A stretch of 64,000 nt of DNA from Firmicutes bacterium UBA4881 (GCA_002399235.1 DHDH01000040.1:18592-82591); one strand, 5' to 3'; numbered from the stretch's first letter, positions 30,784 to 40,742 are shown. Notes: generated by a model not told the origin, from the sequence alone. Numbers and translations: made by a program.

Positions 30784-32322
30784 ATGAAAAACAAATCTTT
30801 GGTATGTGTTTTGGTTTTAGCATTGTTATTAACAGCAATGCCAGCTTTAGCTGTAAATGTCAATGTAGGTGGAGAAGTTAACTATATTTTTGTTGCTCCT
30901 ATTAGTACAAGAAAACCAAGTGCTAGTTCAAATTCAGAAATTAAATATAGTTTTAACACAACTATAGACAAAAAGTGGTTTTTAAAGGTAGATTATAATT
31001 TGAGTTTTTCAAAAAAAACACTTGATGAAGCTGCAAAGCTTAAACCTGAAGAAAGGATTTACATCGACACTTTTGTAGATAAAATTGAGATTAAGTATGC
31101 TGATAAAAATTTGAATTTTGCAGCGTATAAGAACCCAGGTGGAAGTATAGGTGAACTAAAAGACACACATAACTTGCTAGTATTTCCTACACCGTGGGGT
31201 GATCCTAACGGATATATGTTGAGAGGATCAGCAAAACCATTTGGTGTTAATATTGATTGTCAGGTTATTGATTCTGGTTGGTATGCATCTGAAATGAATG
31301 GTTTTTATATTAGAGGTAGTGCAGATATCAAAGGAAATACTTTAAATATTGCTGGTCGTACAATCAATGGTGAAAAAGGCGTATTTGATCTATATCAAGG
31401 TGCTTTACATGGTGCTATTCCTATAGGTAAGTTGAAATTGGAACCAGGAATAGGTTTGACTCAGAGAAATGACAAGAAAAAAGACAATATGGCCTTTGGT
31501 ATTAAACTTGCTGGACCTGTTGTTAAGGATCTTGAAATCGATGTCTCGACAAGATTAAGTCAAGCTAATTTTGAAAGTCGCTATTTTAATGGGGACTATT
31601 CAGAGCAAAAAGCTGCTGTGACATGGAAAAAAATGCTTAAAGTATCTGGAGAGCTTGTTGGTCCATTATCAGATTGGAAAACTCGTACTCTAACTCTTAA
31701 TACTGAGTGGAGAAATAGCACTTCAAATAACGATTTTGCTAAGCAGTTTGAAGCTGATAAATACTATACAAATAACGACTTTGGTCTAGGCTTAAAATAC
31801 ATTAGAGATAAAAAAAGCGAAGCAGATAATCCTGAAAACACTATTTTAGTAAGAGGTACTACTCCAGTATTGCCAAAGAAATTATGGGTATTAGGCAGTG
31901 CAACTTTAGTTGAAGACAAAGATTACCTAGAAAAAGGTATCTATACATCAACTAAAAAAATCAATACTTCGTTAAAAGCACAAGCAAAAGTTATTCCGAA
32001 GGTAACTATGGATGGCTACTTTGATTACAAAAAGGATCTTGACAGTAAAATAAGTGGTGAACCAATTAAAGTTGAATCAGGGGCTTTAGGACTTAGTGCA
32101 AAGTATGACTTTAATAATACGGTTTCAGTTGGCGGGAAGTATGAAATTAATAGTAACCGTTTTGGTGAAGGAAACACTGTTTTAGATACTGTTGGAGCTA
32201 ATTGGCTAATAAAGACAAGCGATAACGCTAAGTTTGAAATGGGATATCTTCGTACAAGAAATCTGCTAGAAAAAGAACCAACTAATCATTTGGTTTCTGC
32301 TGCTATTAAGTTGAAATTCTAA
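30784..32322 (+). CDS. Secreted porin-like outer-membrane beta-barrel protein (hypothetical)
   Basis: ATG 30784 lies after GGGGGA. Signal peptide MKNKSLVCVLVLALLLTAMPALA. Long run of alternating amphipathic strands. C-terminal ...VSAAIKLKF. Confidence 0.55.
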   Translation: MKNKSLVCVLVLALLLTAMPALAVNVNVGGEVNYIFVAPISTRKPSASSNSEIKYSFNTTIDKKWFLKVDYNLSFSKKTLDEAAKLKPEERIYIDTFVDKIEIKYADKNLNFAAYKNPGGSIGELKDTHNLLVFPTPWGDPNGYMLRGSAKPFGVNIDCQVIDSGWYASEMNGFYIRGSADIKGNTLNIAGRTINGEKGVFDLYQGALHGAIPIGKLKLEPGIGLTQRNDKKKDNMAFGIKLAGPVVKDLEIDVSTRLSQANFESRYFNGDYSEQKAAVTWKKMLKVSGELVGPLSDWKTRTLTLNTEWRNSTSNNDFAKQFEADKYYTNNDFGLGLKYIRDKKSEADNPENTILVRGTTPVLPKKLWVLGSATLVEDKDYLEKGIYTSTKKINTSLKAQAKVIPKVTMDGYFDYKKDLDSKISGEPIKVESGALGLSAKYDFNNTVSVGGKYEINSNRFGEGNTVLDTVGANWLIKTSDNAKFEMGYLRTRNLLEKEPTNHLVSAAIKLKF

Positions 32323-32349
32323 AATATACAAATAAGGGGGTTAAGTGGA

Positions 32350-32895
32350 ATGAAAAATAAATTTAAAAGCCTAATTTTAGTAACTCTTCTTGGAGTTATA
32401 ATTTTAACATTGTCAGGTTGTTTATTTAAGCCATCAGAGGGTGGAATTATATCAAGTGGAAGGCCCTACGAATATTTCAACTTTACTGTGCGTAACGATT
32501 ATACTGATACCAATAACGTAGAATTAACAGATGGCAAGACTGGTGATTATAGTGATCCTGGTGATGGTCCATGGGTGGGTCTTTGGAAAGGTGAAGAAAA
32601 AGAGATGCCAGGCACTGTTGTAATTGATCTTGGTAAAGCTCAACAGATTAGTTCTGTAAGTGCTTATTTCTTAAATGGTTCTTGGGGTATAAACGTTCCG
32701 GCGAAAATGGAAGTTTATGTCTCTAATGATGCAAAGACCTGGGATGGTCCATACACTTATGAGCCAGGTTCTATTACTGGAAAAGTAGGTGTTTGGTATA
32801 GTGCATCAGTGAATAAAGTTGGGCAGTATGTCAGATGCGACATGTTCTTTAATGGCGCCAATATTTGGGTTAGTGAGATTACTGTTATTCAATAA
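32350..32895 (+). CDS. Lipoprotein with discoidin (F5/8 type C)-like carbohydrate-binding domain
   Basis: Lipobox LTLSGC. Pattern LTDGKTGD...WVGLW...VVIDLG...ISSVSAYF...VYVSNDAKTW... Confidence 0.6.
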   Translation: MKNKFKSLILVTLLGVIILTLSGCLFKPSEGGIISSGRPYEYFNFTVRNDYTDTNNVELTDGKTGDYSDPGDGPWVGLWKGEEKEMPGTVVIDLGKAQQISSVSAYFLNGSWGINVPAKMEVYVSNDAKTWDGPYTYEPGSITGKVGVWYSASVNKVGQYVRCDMFFNGANIWVSEITVIQ

Positions 32896-32902
32896 AATTA
32901 TA

Positions 32903-32947
32903 AAAGAGAGGGAAATGCTTGATATCGAGCATTTTGCCTCTCTTTTA
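32903..32947 (+). terminator. Intrinsic terminator after the two-gene cassette
   Basis: AAGAGAGG...CCTCTCTT outer stem around a palindromic AATGCTTGATATCGAGCATT, followed by TTATTG. Confidence 0.7.
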
Positions 32948-33354
32948 TTGTCATTTCAAACAGCTTAACAAAAGTGAAATAGTACATTGCTTATCGAGAC
33001 TTTGTATAATCTAGCTAAGGTCAAATATGTTATCGTTTATTTAAGGTAATGCAACATCGACCGAATAAAGTTATTGGACTTTTAGCTTTTCCCAGTGATA
33101 GTGATTGAAGATTAGATTTCCTGATTTCCTGCCTTTAGGAAGGGTTTAGCCTTGAATAGTGTCGGTCAATTTAAAAGTTAAATTCCACTTTGTAAAACTA
33201 ACTTCCATGGTAACAAAGTCTAAAGGTCAGATTTTTATAAAAGATAACCTGAGCGTATAGTTTTTGTGTTAATTTTAATATAATTAAGAGCGAAACAAGC
33301 AGAATTAGCCTATTTTAGGGTGCACTGATCTAGAGGTGAAAAATAGCTCATTTT

Positions 33355-34850
33355 TTGAAAAAGTAAATTCCGCCCCTTTTTGTCCTTATTGGCCGTATTC
33401 AGCTACGATAATCCTGCCTGTTTTTGTTACTTTTTCAGAAGGTCTGGATGGATGATTATATCATTGCTTGGAATGCATTCAGCACCTAGCTTTGAGAGGA
33501 TATCGTCGCCATTCAGGAAGCTGAACACCGCAAATGGAGAGCGGTCGTTCAGCTTTTTCCTTCCGTAAGAGTTAATGTGATTCATCATGAGATCTATATC
33601 TTCTTGAGAATATGATTCGAGACTGCGTCCTTTGGGGATAATCCTACGAATTAATTCATGGTTATTCTCTACAGCACCTTTCTGGAACGGCGCTGAAGGA
33701 TCGCAATAGAATATCCGAGTTCTTTGTTTGCCTTGTTTATCAAACTCGATCGCTAAAGGGTTAGTAAATTCACTACCATTATCAGTCAAAATTACAGGGA
33801 ACAGCTTTTGAAAAGTAGTTGCTCCAATTCTTTCATAAAGATCCCCGAATACTTAAGTAACAGATTTTGAAGTGTTTGCATCTCTAAGGTAAGCCAACAT
33901 TAACTGGGTATTTACAACTTTCTCGCCTTTAACCCCTTCTAAAGTGTCCATTTGAATAATAGGAGTATCTGGATTTTCTTTCAGAAACAACATGAAATCG
34001 CCATAGGTGCGGTTAATTCTGCAATTTTTGTCAACCTTAAAACGGGTTTTTTGCAATTTCCTAGGACGGTATTTAACTTTCCTTGGTAGGTCGATGTTTC
34101 TGGCCGAAAATAGGTTGTAATCTACATAATTGTAAATAGTCTTTTCACTGCACATGATAATATCGAGGTTGTTTGCGCAAATATGATGAATTGATTGGCC
34201 TTTGCAAATAAGCGGGCTAATAGAAGCATTTAGACGAGCAATATTTTCTTCATCAGTATTTATCCCGCTTCTTGATTCAGAACGAACAAGTTCATATTCT
34301 TTTTGGGCATCTGTAGCGATATAAAGAGATTTTTCTAAAGTACAGGATTGCAATTTACTGCAACCGTTGCATACATATGGAGGTTTTGCTAATAAGGCAC
34401 ATTTTTCCATCTTAAAGTCTTTACATACAGTAGTACATTGAGAGCAAAACTTACACTGTTTCTTGTGGCAATCAGGATGCTCGCAAAGATGCGAATTAGT
34501 ACAATTCCAGCGATATAAACAATTATTAAATGCCCTTCCATATCCCCCAGATTTCCTGAAAACGATGTGGTTCTTGACCTCCCTTTAGAGACAAATGTGC
34601 AGTCTTTATTTAGTTCTCTACCAATGGCTTTAAATGAATAAGATGCTTTAAGCAAATTTTGAATTGTTATTCTATCATCTAGTGTGAAATGCTTGTGTTT
34701 AAGCATAATGAGCCTCCTGCCTAAGGCAGGAGTACCAGCTGAATACCTTGCTAAATAAGTATAGATATTTGTAAGACTAAAAGCCACCCCTTGATTTGTA
34801 AGATTAACTTCTACCCTAAGTAAGTTAAGGGGTGGAAATTAGTTTTGCAA
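33355..34850 (-). mobile_element. IS30-family insertion sequence (about 1.5 kb) with imperfect terminal inverted repeats
   Basis: Left IR is TTGAAAAAGTAAATTCCGCCCCTT (33355-33378). The reverse complement of 34827-34850 is TTGCAAAACTAATTTCCACCCCTT, about 20/24 identical. The element encloses a single transposase reading frame. Confidence 0.7.
33427..34706 (-). pseudogene. IS30-family DDE transposase, disrupted (one frameshift near 34595, one in-frame TAA at 33853-33855)
   Basis: ATG 34706 lies 6 nt after AGGAGG. N-terminal HTH FTLDDRITIQNLLKASYSFKAIGRELNKDCT. The frame switches at the G-run AAAGGGAGG to continue REVKNHIVFRKSGG...PPYVCNGC. ORFs 33853-34410 and 33427-33789 are in the same frame, separated by TAA. 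DDE region TDNGSEF...PFQKGAVENNHELIRRIIPKG. Confidence 0.7.
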
Positions 34851-34892
34851 TTAAAGCAAGTTAGGCCTTCAGGTTTTGTGATTTAAACCCTC

Positions 34893-34921
34893 TTGACAGG
34901 TAACTTTAATCCTGCTATTCT
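34893..34921 (+). promoter_or_regulatory. Promoter of the T-box/aroF-pheA operon
   Basis: TTGACA (34893-34898), 17-nt spacer, TATTCT (34916-34921). Confidence 0.5.
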
Positions 34922-34927
34922 TAACTA

Positions 34928-35211
34928 AATCGCAAAGACTGTGAAAGGGGAAAGTACCTTTTGATGGACTTAATAGAGAGCTGGGGTGGGTGGAAACCTA
35001 GCAGGAAATCATAAGCGAAGTTCTCCCTGGAGTTGCTTAGCTGAAGTAAGTAGGCTAGGACGGAAACTTCTACCGTTAAAAAGAAGCAGGTATCGGCTAT
35101 ATTTGACGATTGTATGTCATCGCCCGCACCTGATAAAGAGGGCTATATTTATAGCCAATTAGGGTGGTACCGCGAGTAAACCTCGTCCCTGTGGGGATGA
35201 GGCATTTTTTT
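34928..35211 (+). promoter_or_regulatory. T-box riboswitch leader (probable Phe specifier)
   Basis: AGAGAG box and GGTGGGTGGAAACC distal region. Canonical T-box sequence AATTAGGGTGGTACCGCGAG at 35157-35176. Terminator CCTCGTCCC-tgtg-GGGATGAGG plus T7 at 35181-35211. UUC sits in the expected specifier position (GCGAAG-UUC-UCCC). Confidence 0.8.
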
Positions 35212-35235
35212 ATTTAAAAAGAGGAGGCTGAAAAA

Positions 35236-36231
35236 ATGATAATTGTCATGGAGGCACAGAGTACTCCCCAAGATATTCAGGCAATCTGCCAAAAATTAGA
35301 GACTATGAGTTTAGAAAGTCATGTGATTAACGGTGTTACCCAAAGTGTAATTGGTGTTATTGGCGAGATAACCGATGAGCTTTGTGAGACAGCTAATCTT
35401 TGGCCCAAAGTAGAAAAAGCTCTGAGGGTTGGCAAACCTTATAAACTGGTAAGTAGAGAGTGTCAACCAAGTGGTAGCATAGTACAAGTGGGTTCTCTAG
35501 CTATAGGTAAGGATAAAGTAGTTATTGCAGGCCCGTGTGCTGTAGAGACCGAAGACCAGATGTTGCAGACTGCTAAAGCTGTTAAAAGCGCTGGTGCTAA
35601 TATGTTAAGAGGTGGTGCCTTTAAACCTAGAACCTCACCATATGCATTCCAAGGCTTAAAAGTAAAAGGTTTAGAACTTTTAGCTGAAGCTGGTAAAGCG
35701 TATGATCTCCCTGTTGTGACAGAAGTAGTCGATCCTCGTGATGTAGAGGTTGTAGCTCAATATGCAGATATGTTGCAAATTGGTGCTAGAAACATGCAAA
35801 ATTTCTCTTTGTTACAGGAAGTAGGCCAAACCAGAAAACCAGTGTTGCTTAAAAGGGGCCTTTCTTCCACTGTACAAGAATGGCTCATGGCAGCGGAATA
35901 TATCATGGCAGGTGGTAATAGCCAAGTGGTTTTATGTGAAAGGGGCATTCGAACCTTCGAACCCTGGACACGTAACACACTTGATGTATCAGCAATAGCT
36001 TTAGCTAAAGAGGTAAGCCATTTGCCAGTTCTTGCAGATCCAAGTCATGCTTCAGGTAAGCGTTCATTAGTGGAACCATTAGCTAAAGCGGCCTTAGCTG
36101 TAGGTGCAGATGGTTTAATAATTGAGGTGCACCCCAATCCAGATAAAGCACTATCAGATGGTCCCCAATCTTTGGATTTTGCTGAATTTGCCACCTTCAT
36201 GCAGCATTTGCAGCTAATTAAAGGGGCGTGA
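35236..36231 (+). CDS. aroF: 3-deoxy-7-phosphoheptulonate (DAHP) synthase, type I-beta with N-terminal regulatory domain
   Basis: GAGGAGG SD. Contains [12 protein letters not shown] and DPSHASGKR motifs. About 70 aa of ferredoxin-like N-terminal extension. Confidence 0.9.
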   Translation: MIIVMEAQSTPQDIQAICQKLETMSLESHVINGVTQSVIGVIGEITDELCETANLWPKVEKALRVGKPYKLVSRECQPSGSIVQVGSLAIGKDKVVIAGPCAVETEDQMLQTAKAVKSAGANMLRGGAFKPRTSPYAFQGLKVKGLELLAEAGKAYDLPVVTEVVDPRDVEVVAQYADMLQIGARNMQNFSLLQEVGQTRKPVLLKRGLSSTVQEWLMAAEYIMAGGNSQVVLCERGIRTFEPWTRNTLDVSAIALAKEVSHLPVLADPSHASGKRSLVEPLAKAALAVGADGLIIEVHPNPDKALSDGPQSLDFAEFATFMQHLQLIKGA

Positions 36232-36237
36232 CCGAAA

Positions 36238-37032
36238 ATGATCTATTATTTAGGACCTGAAGGTTCCTATTCCCATGAGGCTGCTTTGCTAATAGATAAT
36301 AATACTGTACCTACTTTATCGATAACAGAAGTGTTTAAAAAGAGTCTCCATTCTCCTGGCATCGTTCCCTGGGAAAATTCCTTAGAAGGTTCGGTTTCCG
36401 AGACCTTAGATCTATTATTAGAGACTGAATTATCTGTAGTTGGTGAGTTGAATTTAGAGATCAGGCATTGCCTTTTAGGGTATAGAGAGAATAAACTTGT
36501 TTTTTCCCATCCTCAGGCTCTAGGTCAATGCCGCAATTATTTAACCAAACATGGTTTACAGCCTGTTCCTACTACCTCTACTGCGAAAGGTGTAGTTGAA
36601 GCTAAAGCAAATAAAGCTCTAGCTATTGGTTCTTTGCAAGCGGCTAAAGTATATGATATTCCTGTTCTTGATATAGGAATCCAAGATGGTCTAACCAATT
36701 ATACACGATTTGCCCTTCTAGGCCGCGAGTTGCCAAAGAGTACAGGTAACGATAAAACTAGTATTATCTTTGCCACTCATAATGATAGGCCAGGAGCCCT
36801 ATATCAAATCTTAGCGATCTTTGCGAGTGAAGGAATTAACTTAACGAGAATCGAATCGCGTCCCACCAAGCGATTTTTGGGCGAATACCTTTTCCACGTT
36901 GATTTAGTTAGCCACAAAGAAGATGAATTAACAGCTAAAGTATTAAAAGAAGTAGAAAGAACGACCTCGTTTTTAAAAGTTTTAGGTTCCTACCCCATAG
37001 GAGAGGAACCTAAGAAATCTTACGCGGTATGA
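36238..37032 (+). CDS. pheA: Prephenate dehydratase
   Basis: TRF motif (NYTRFALL). ACT domain with [11 protein letters not shown]. Confidence 0.9.
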   Translation: MIYYLGPEGSYSHEAALLIDNNTVPTLSITEVFKKSLHSPGIVPWENSLEGSVSETLDLLLETELSVVGELNLEIRHCLLGYRENKLVFSHPQALGQCRNYLTKHGLQPVPTTSTAKGVVEAKANKALAIGSLQAAKVYDIPVLDIGIQDGLTNYTRFALLGRELPKSTGNDKTSIIFATHNDRPGALYQILAIFASEGINLTRIESRPTKRFLGEYLFHVDLVSHKEDELTAKVLKEVERTTSFLKVLGSYPIGEEPKKSYAV

Positions 37033-37033
37033 A

Positions 37034-37067
37034 AGAGGCAGTAGACTACAGTGAGTCTACTGCCTCT
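37034..37067. terminator. Bidirectional terminator hairpin between pheA and glnA
   Basis: AGAGGCAGTAGACT-acagtg-AGTCTACTGCCTCT, a 14-bp stem flanked by A/T runs. Confidence 0.7.
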
Positions 37068-37096
37068 AAAAAAATTAATTTAGTGGTTTAGATAGC

Positions 37097-38422
37097 TTAA
37101 AATAAGGTCAAATACTTCTTGAGCTCCCAATCATGAACCTGGACTCTATATTCATCCCATTCAAGTTCTTTAGCTAGGATATAACGTTCATAAATATGAC
37201 TACCTAAAGCTGTACGGATAAGTTCATCGTTTTTAAGTTCCGCTACTGCCTCAGCAAGTGAAGTTGGCAATACCGAAATACCTGCTTCTTGCCTTTCTAA
37301 AGTGTTCATACTATAGATGTTTTTAGTTACTGATGCAGGTGGGTTGGTTTTTTTTGTTATTCCTTCTAAACCTGCTTCTAAGATGAGGGCTGAAGTTAAA
37401 TAAACATTACAGGATGGATCAGGAGAACGAAACTCTAAGCGAGTAGCACATCCTCTACTCGATGGTACACGTACTAAGGCACTACGATTGGCTGCTGACC
37501 ATGATATATACACAGGAGCTTCATAACCAGTGACTAGACGTTTGTAGGAGTTAACCAAAGGATTGGCTATAGCTGTTATTCCTTTGGCATGAGCTAGTAG
37601 GCCACCAATAAAGTGAAAAGCAATTGGGCTTAATTGATAAGTTCCATTTGGATCATAAAAAGCGTTTTCTAAGCCAGCGAAGAGAGAGAAGTTTACATGC
37701 ATACCAGAACCAGCCATGCCATGAATTGGTTTAGGCATAAAAGTAGCGTGCAAACCATGTTTTTGAGCAATACTTTTGGTAACAAATTTAAAGGTAGCTA
37801 CTCTGTCAGCAGAGACTAATAAATTATCATATTTAAAGTCAATCTCGTGTTGACCTGGTGCATTTTCATGGTGCGAAGCTTCTACTTCAAATCCCATTTC
37901 CTCAAGAGCCATAATAATCTCTTGTCTAGCAGCTTCTCCTTTATCTAAAGGAGCTAAATCAAAATAGCTAGCATTATCCTGTGTTAAAATAGTAGGAGAA
38001 CCGTTTTCATCTAATTTAAAAAGGAAAAATTCACATTCTGGTCCAGCTTTTGCTGAAAAGCCCATGGATTCTGCTTTAGCAATAGCTTTTTTGAGAACAT
38101 AGCGTGGATCACCGTTAAAATGAGTGCCATCAGCAGAATAGACGTCGCAAATTAACCTAGCGACTTTTGTATCATCTAGACTTTTAGGGAAGATGGTAAA
38201 CGTGGAATTATCTGGTTTTAGCAGCATATCTGATTCTTCGATGCGGGTAAAACCTTCAATAGATGAACCATCAAAACCAATACCATCTTCTAAAGCTCTT
38301 TTAAGTTGTTTGACAGGAATTGTGACATTTTTAGTTTGACCGAGGATGTCAGTGAATTGCAAGCGAATGAAACGGATACCTTCGTTTTTGGCAATACTTA
38401 GGATCTCTTCATTTGTAAGCAT
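37097..38422 (-). CDS. glnA: Glutamine synthetase, type I
   Basis: ATG 38422 lies 6 nt after [13 protein letters not shown]..., [16 protein letters not shown], and [10 protein letters not shown] region. Confidence 0.95.
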   Translation of the reverse strand: MLTNEEILSIAKNEGIRFIRLQFTDILGQTKNVTIPVKQLKRALEDGIGFDGSSIEGFTRIEESDMLLKPDNSTFTIFPKSLDDTKVARLICDVYSADGTHFNGDPRYVLKKAIAKAESMGFSAKAGPECEFFLFKLDENGSPTILTQDNASYFDLAPLDKGEAARQEIIMALEEMGFEVEASHHENAPGQHEIDFKYDNLLVSADRVATFKFVTKSIAQKHGLHATFMPKPIHGMAGSGMHVNFSLFAGLENAFYDPNGTYQLSPIAFHFIGGLLAHAKGITAIANPLVNSYKRLVTGYEAPVYISWSAANRSALVRVPSSRGCATRLEFRSPDPSCNVYLTSALILEAGLEGITKKTNPPASVTKNIYSMNTLERQEAGISVLPTSLAEAVAELKNDELIRTALGSHIYERYILAKELEWDEYRVQVHDWELKKYLTLF

Positions 38423-38539
38423 AGTGCGCCTCCACTTCATTGGAAAAGGCTAAAAACTTTATTTTTTTATCCTAGCACTGTGTTTTTAATGTGTCAATTA
38501 GATTTATAAAAAATAATCAAAGGAAAAGAGGGACGGAAA

Positions 38540-39862
38540 TTGGCAAATTTAGTCATCATTGGTGCAGGTCCTGGTGGTTATGCTGCCGCCTTAAGAGGTG
38601 CAGATTTAGGCTTAAAGGTTACTCTTTTAGAAGCTGATAAAGTAGGTGGGACTTGCCTAAATTGGGGTTGTATTCCTACAAAAACTTACTACCATACAGC
38701 AAAAATAACTCGAGAAGTTAAGCAAAGTAAGGAGATAATAGGCCAGGTTCAAGTAGACTTTCCTCAACTAGTTAACAAACAAGCAGGTGTAGTTAAACAA
38801 CTAGTTGGTGGCTTAGAAAGCCTTTTAAAAAGTGCTGGGGTGGAAGTGATCAACCAAAGAGGAACTCTAGCAGAGGGTGGTGTTAAAGTCGGTGAGGAAT
38901 TAATTCCTGCCGATAACATTATTATTGCAACCGGAGCAACACCTTTTACAATCTTAGGGATTGTTCCTGATGGTAAACGTGTTTTTACAGCCAAAGAGAT
39001 TTGGCAATTAGAGAGCTTACCAGAAAGTGTAGTTATCTTAGGTGGGGGAGTAATTGGTGTGGAATTTGCTACAATCTTCTCTGCCTTAGGTAGCAAGGTT
39101 ACTATAGTAGAGAAAGAAAAAAGCATTCTTCCTCAGTTTGCTCCTTCTGCTACAAGACTAGTTACTAAGAAATTGAAAGAACAAGGTGTAATAATAAAGA
39201 CTGGAGCTGCTGTCACAGGTTATAAAGATGGTGTTTTGCAACTCCCGGATGAGTCTTTAGAAGGAGATATTCTTTTAGTAGCTCTTGGTAATAAACCTAA
39301 TACAAAAGGTTTAGGCTTAGAGGAAGTTGGCGTTAGGTTAAATCAGCGGCAGGAAATTGAGGTTAATAATTATTTAGAAACCTCCCAAAAAGGAATCTAT
39401 GCTATTGGAGATGTTAACAACCTGCCCTATAAACTCGCTCATGCAGCCTCTAAGCAGGGTGCGCTAGTTGTAGAAAAAATTGCTGGCGCAGCTTATGAAC
39501 CATTTAATAGCAATCTAGTACCTAGAACAGTCTTTACCTACCCTGAACTAGCAGAAATAGGTACTTTAGAAGGTAATAAAAGCCGTTTCCCCTATAGTGC
39601 AAATGGCCGTGCCTTAGCAGGAGGAGAAGCAGATGGCTATGTCGAGGCCTACGGTGACGGAGAAAAGATAGTAGGAGCACTTATTGTCGGAGCTGATGCC
39701 TGCGAACTAAGTAACTTAGCCAGTCTAGCTATTAGTAGTGGGATGACTGAAGAAAATCTTTCTACTTCAATAATGACTCATCCTACTTTAGGTGAGGCTT
39801 TCCATGAAGCTAGCTTAGGCTTATTTGGTGCAGCAATTCACATCGTTAATAAGCGTAGATAA
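38540..39862 (+). CDS. lpdA: Dihydrolipoyl dehydrogenase-like pyridine nucleotide-disulfide oxidoreductase
   Basis: TTG start after GAGGGA. GAGPGGY FAD fold. Redox disulfide GGTCLNWGCIPTK. C-terminal HPTLGE. Confidence 0.8.
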   Translation: MANLVIIGAGPGGYAAALRGADLGLKVTLLEADKVGGTCLNWGCIPTKTYYHTAKITREVKQSKEIIGQVQVDFPQLVNKQAGVVKQLVGGLESLLKSAGVEVINQRGTLAEGGVKVGEELIPADNIIIATGATPFTILGIVPDGKRVFTAKEIWQLESLPESVVILGGGVIGVEFATIFSALGSKVTIVEKEKSILPQFAPSATRLVTKKLKEQGVIIKTGAAVTGYKDGVLQLPDESLEGDILLVALGNKPNTKGLGLEEVGVRLNQRQEIEVNNYLETSQKGIYAIGDVNNLPYKLAHAASKQGALVVEKIAGAAYEPFNSNLVPRTVFTYPELAEIGTLEGNKSRFPYSANGRALAGGEADGYVEAYGDGEKIVGALIVGADACELSNLASLAISSGMTEENLSTSIMTHPTLGEAFHEASLGLFGAAIHIVNKRR

Positions 39863-39865
39863 GCA

Positions 39866-39904
39866 AAAAGCCTACTAGTATTGTTTTGTACTAGTAGGCT
39901 TTTA
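39866..39904. terminator. Bidirectional terminator between lpdA and nadE
   Basis: AAAAGCCTACTAGTA-ttgtttt-GTACTAGTAGGCTTTT. Confidence 0.8.
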
Positions 39905-39929
39905 GTTGTGAAACTATATAAACAAAGAA

Positions 39930-40655
39930 TTAGTCCCTTATTACAGGGCCCATAGGTGGCATTTGCCGTTTATGGGTACTTCTTTTGTTTAGTTGTTCGA
40001 TTCTCTCTATGGCTTTAGGATCACCGGTTCTGTAGAGTAAAAAGTTATCGATATCCTTATAACTAATTCCTAACTCAGATTCATCTGTTTGGCCTGCCCA
40101 AAGTCCGGCAGTAGGAGCTTTTGTGATAATTTTTTCGGGAACGCCTAAAAGCTTACCGAGTTCCCAAACTTCAGCTTTAACTAGATGACCAAGAGGAATA
40201 AGATCAGCAGCTGAATCGCCAAATTTTGTAAAATAACCAGTATACCATTCAGATGCATTACTACTTCCAAGCACAAGATAGCCTAAATTTTGACCAATTA
40301 AATTTAATGTAGCTACTCTTAGACGTGGTTTTAAATTATGTGCTCCCATAGTTTTGGGTTCTTCGCCTGTAGTTTGAGTTAAATAATCAAAAGCTGGGGC
40401 TAGGTCAATCTCACGGGTTTTTATTTTCAAAGCTTCAGCAACTAAAAGAGCATCTTCTTTATCCTTAGGATCTGAATGGCAAGGCATAATAATACCGAGA
40501 GATGAGTTAGGGAAAGCCAGTTGAGCAAGACCAGCAATAACGGCAGAGTCAATACCACCGCTTAGACCGTATATAACGCCATTAGCTTTAGCACTCTCAA
40601 CTTTTTCTCTCATCCATTCAACTAAAAGATCACGGGTTTTATCAGCATGGAACAT
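39930..40655 (-). CDS. nadE: NH3-dependent NAD+ synthetase
   Basis: PP-loop SGGIDS. 241 aa. Confidence 0.9.
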   Translation of the reverse strand: MFHADKTRDLLVEWMREKVESAKANGVIYGLSGGIDSAVIAGLAQLAFPNSSLGIIMPCHSDPKDKEDALLVAEALKIKTREIDLAPAFDYLTQTTGEEPKTMGAHNLKPRLRVATLNLIGQNLGYLVLGSSNASEWYTGYFTKFGDSAADLIPLGHLVKAEVWELGKLLGVPEKIITKAPTAGLWAGQTDESELGISYKDIDNFLLYRTGDPKAIERIEQLNKRSTHKRQMPPMGPVIRD

Positions 40656-40742
40656 TCAATTGACCACCTTTCATTTGCTAAAAATACTTCTCTGTCACAT
40701 CTTCCGATCCTTCCGGTCATACTAACAATGGGGTGAGATTAA

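Noticed and set aside
33853-33855. In-frame TAA in the IS30-like transposase as possible programmed recoding
   Set aside because: IS30-family transposases are not known to use stop-codon readthrough. A separate frameshift is also present, so decay or sequencing error is the simpler explanation.
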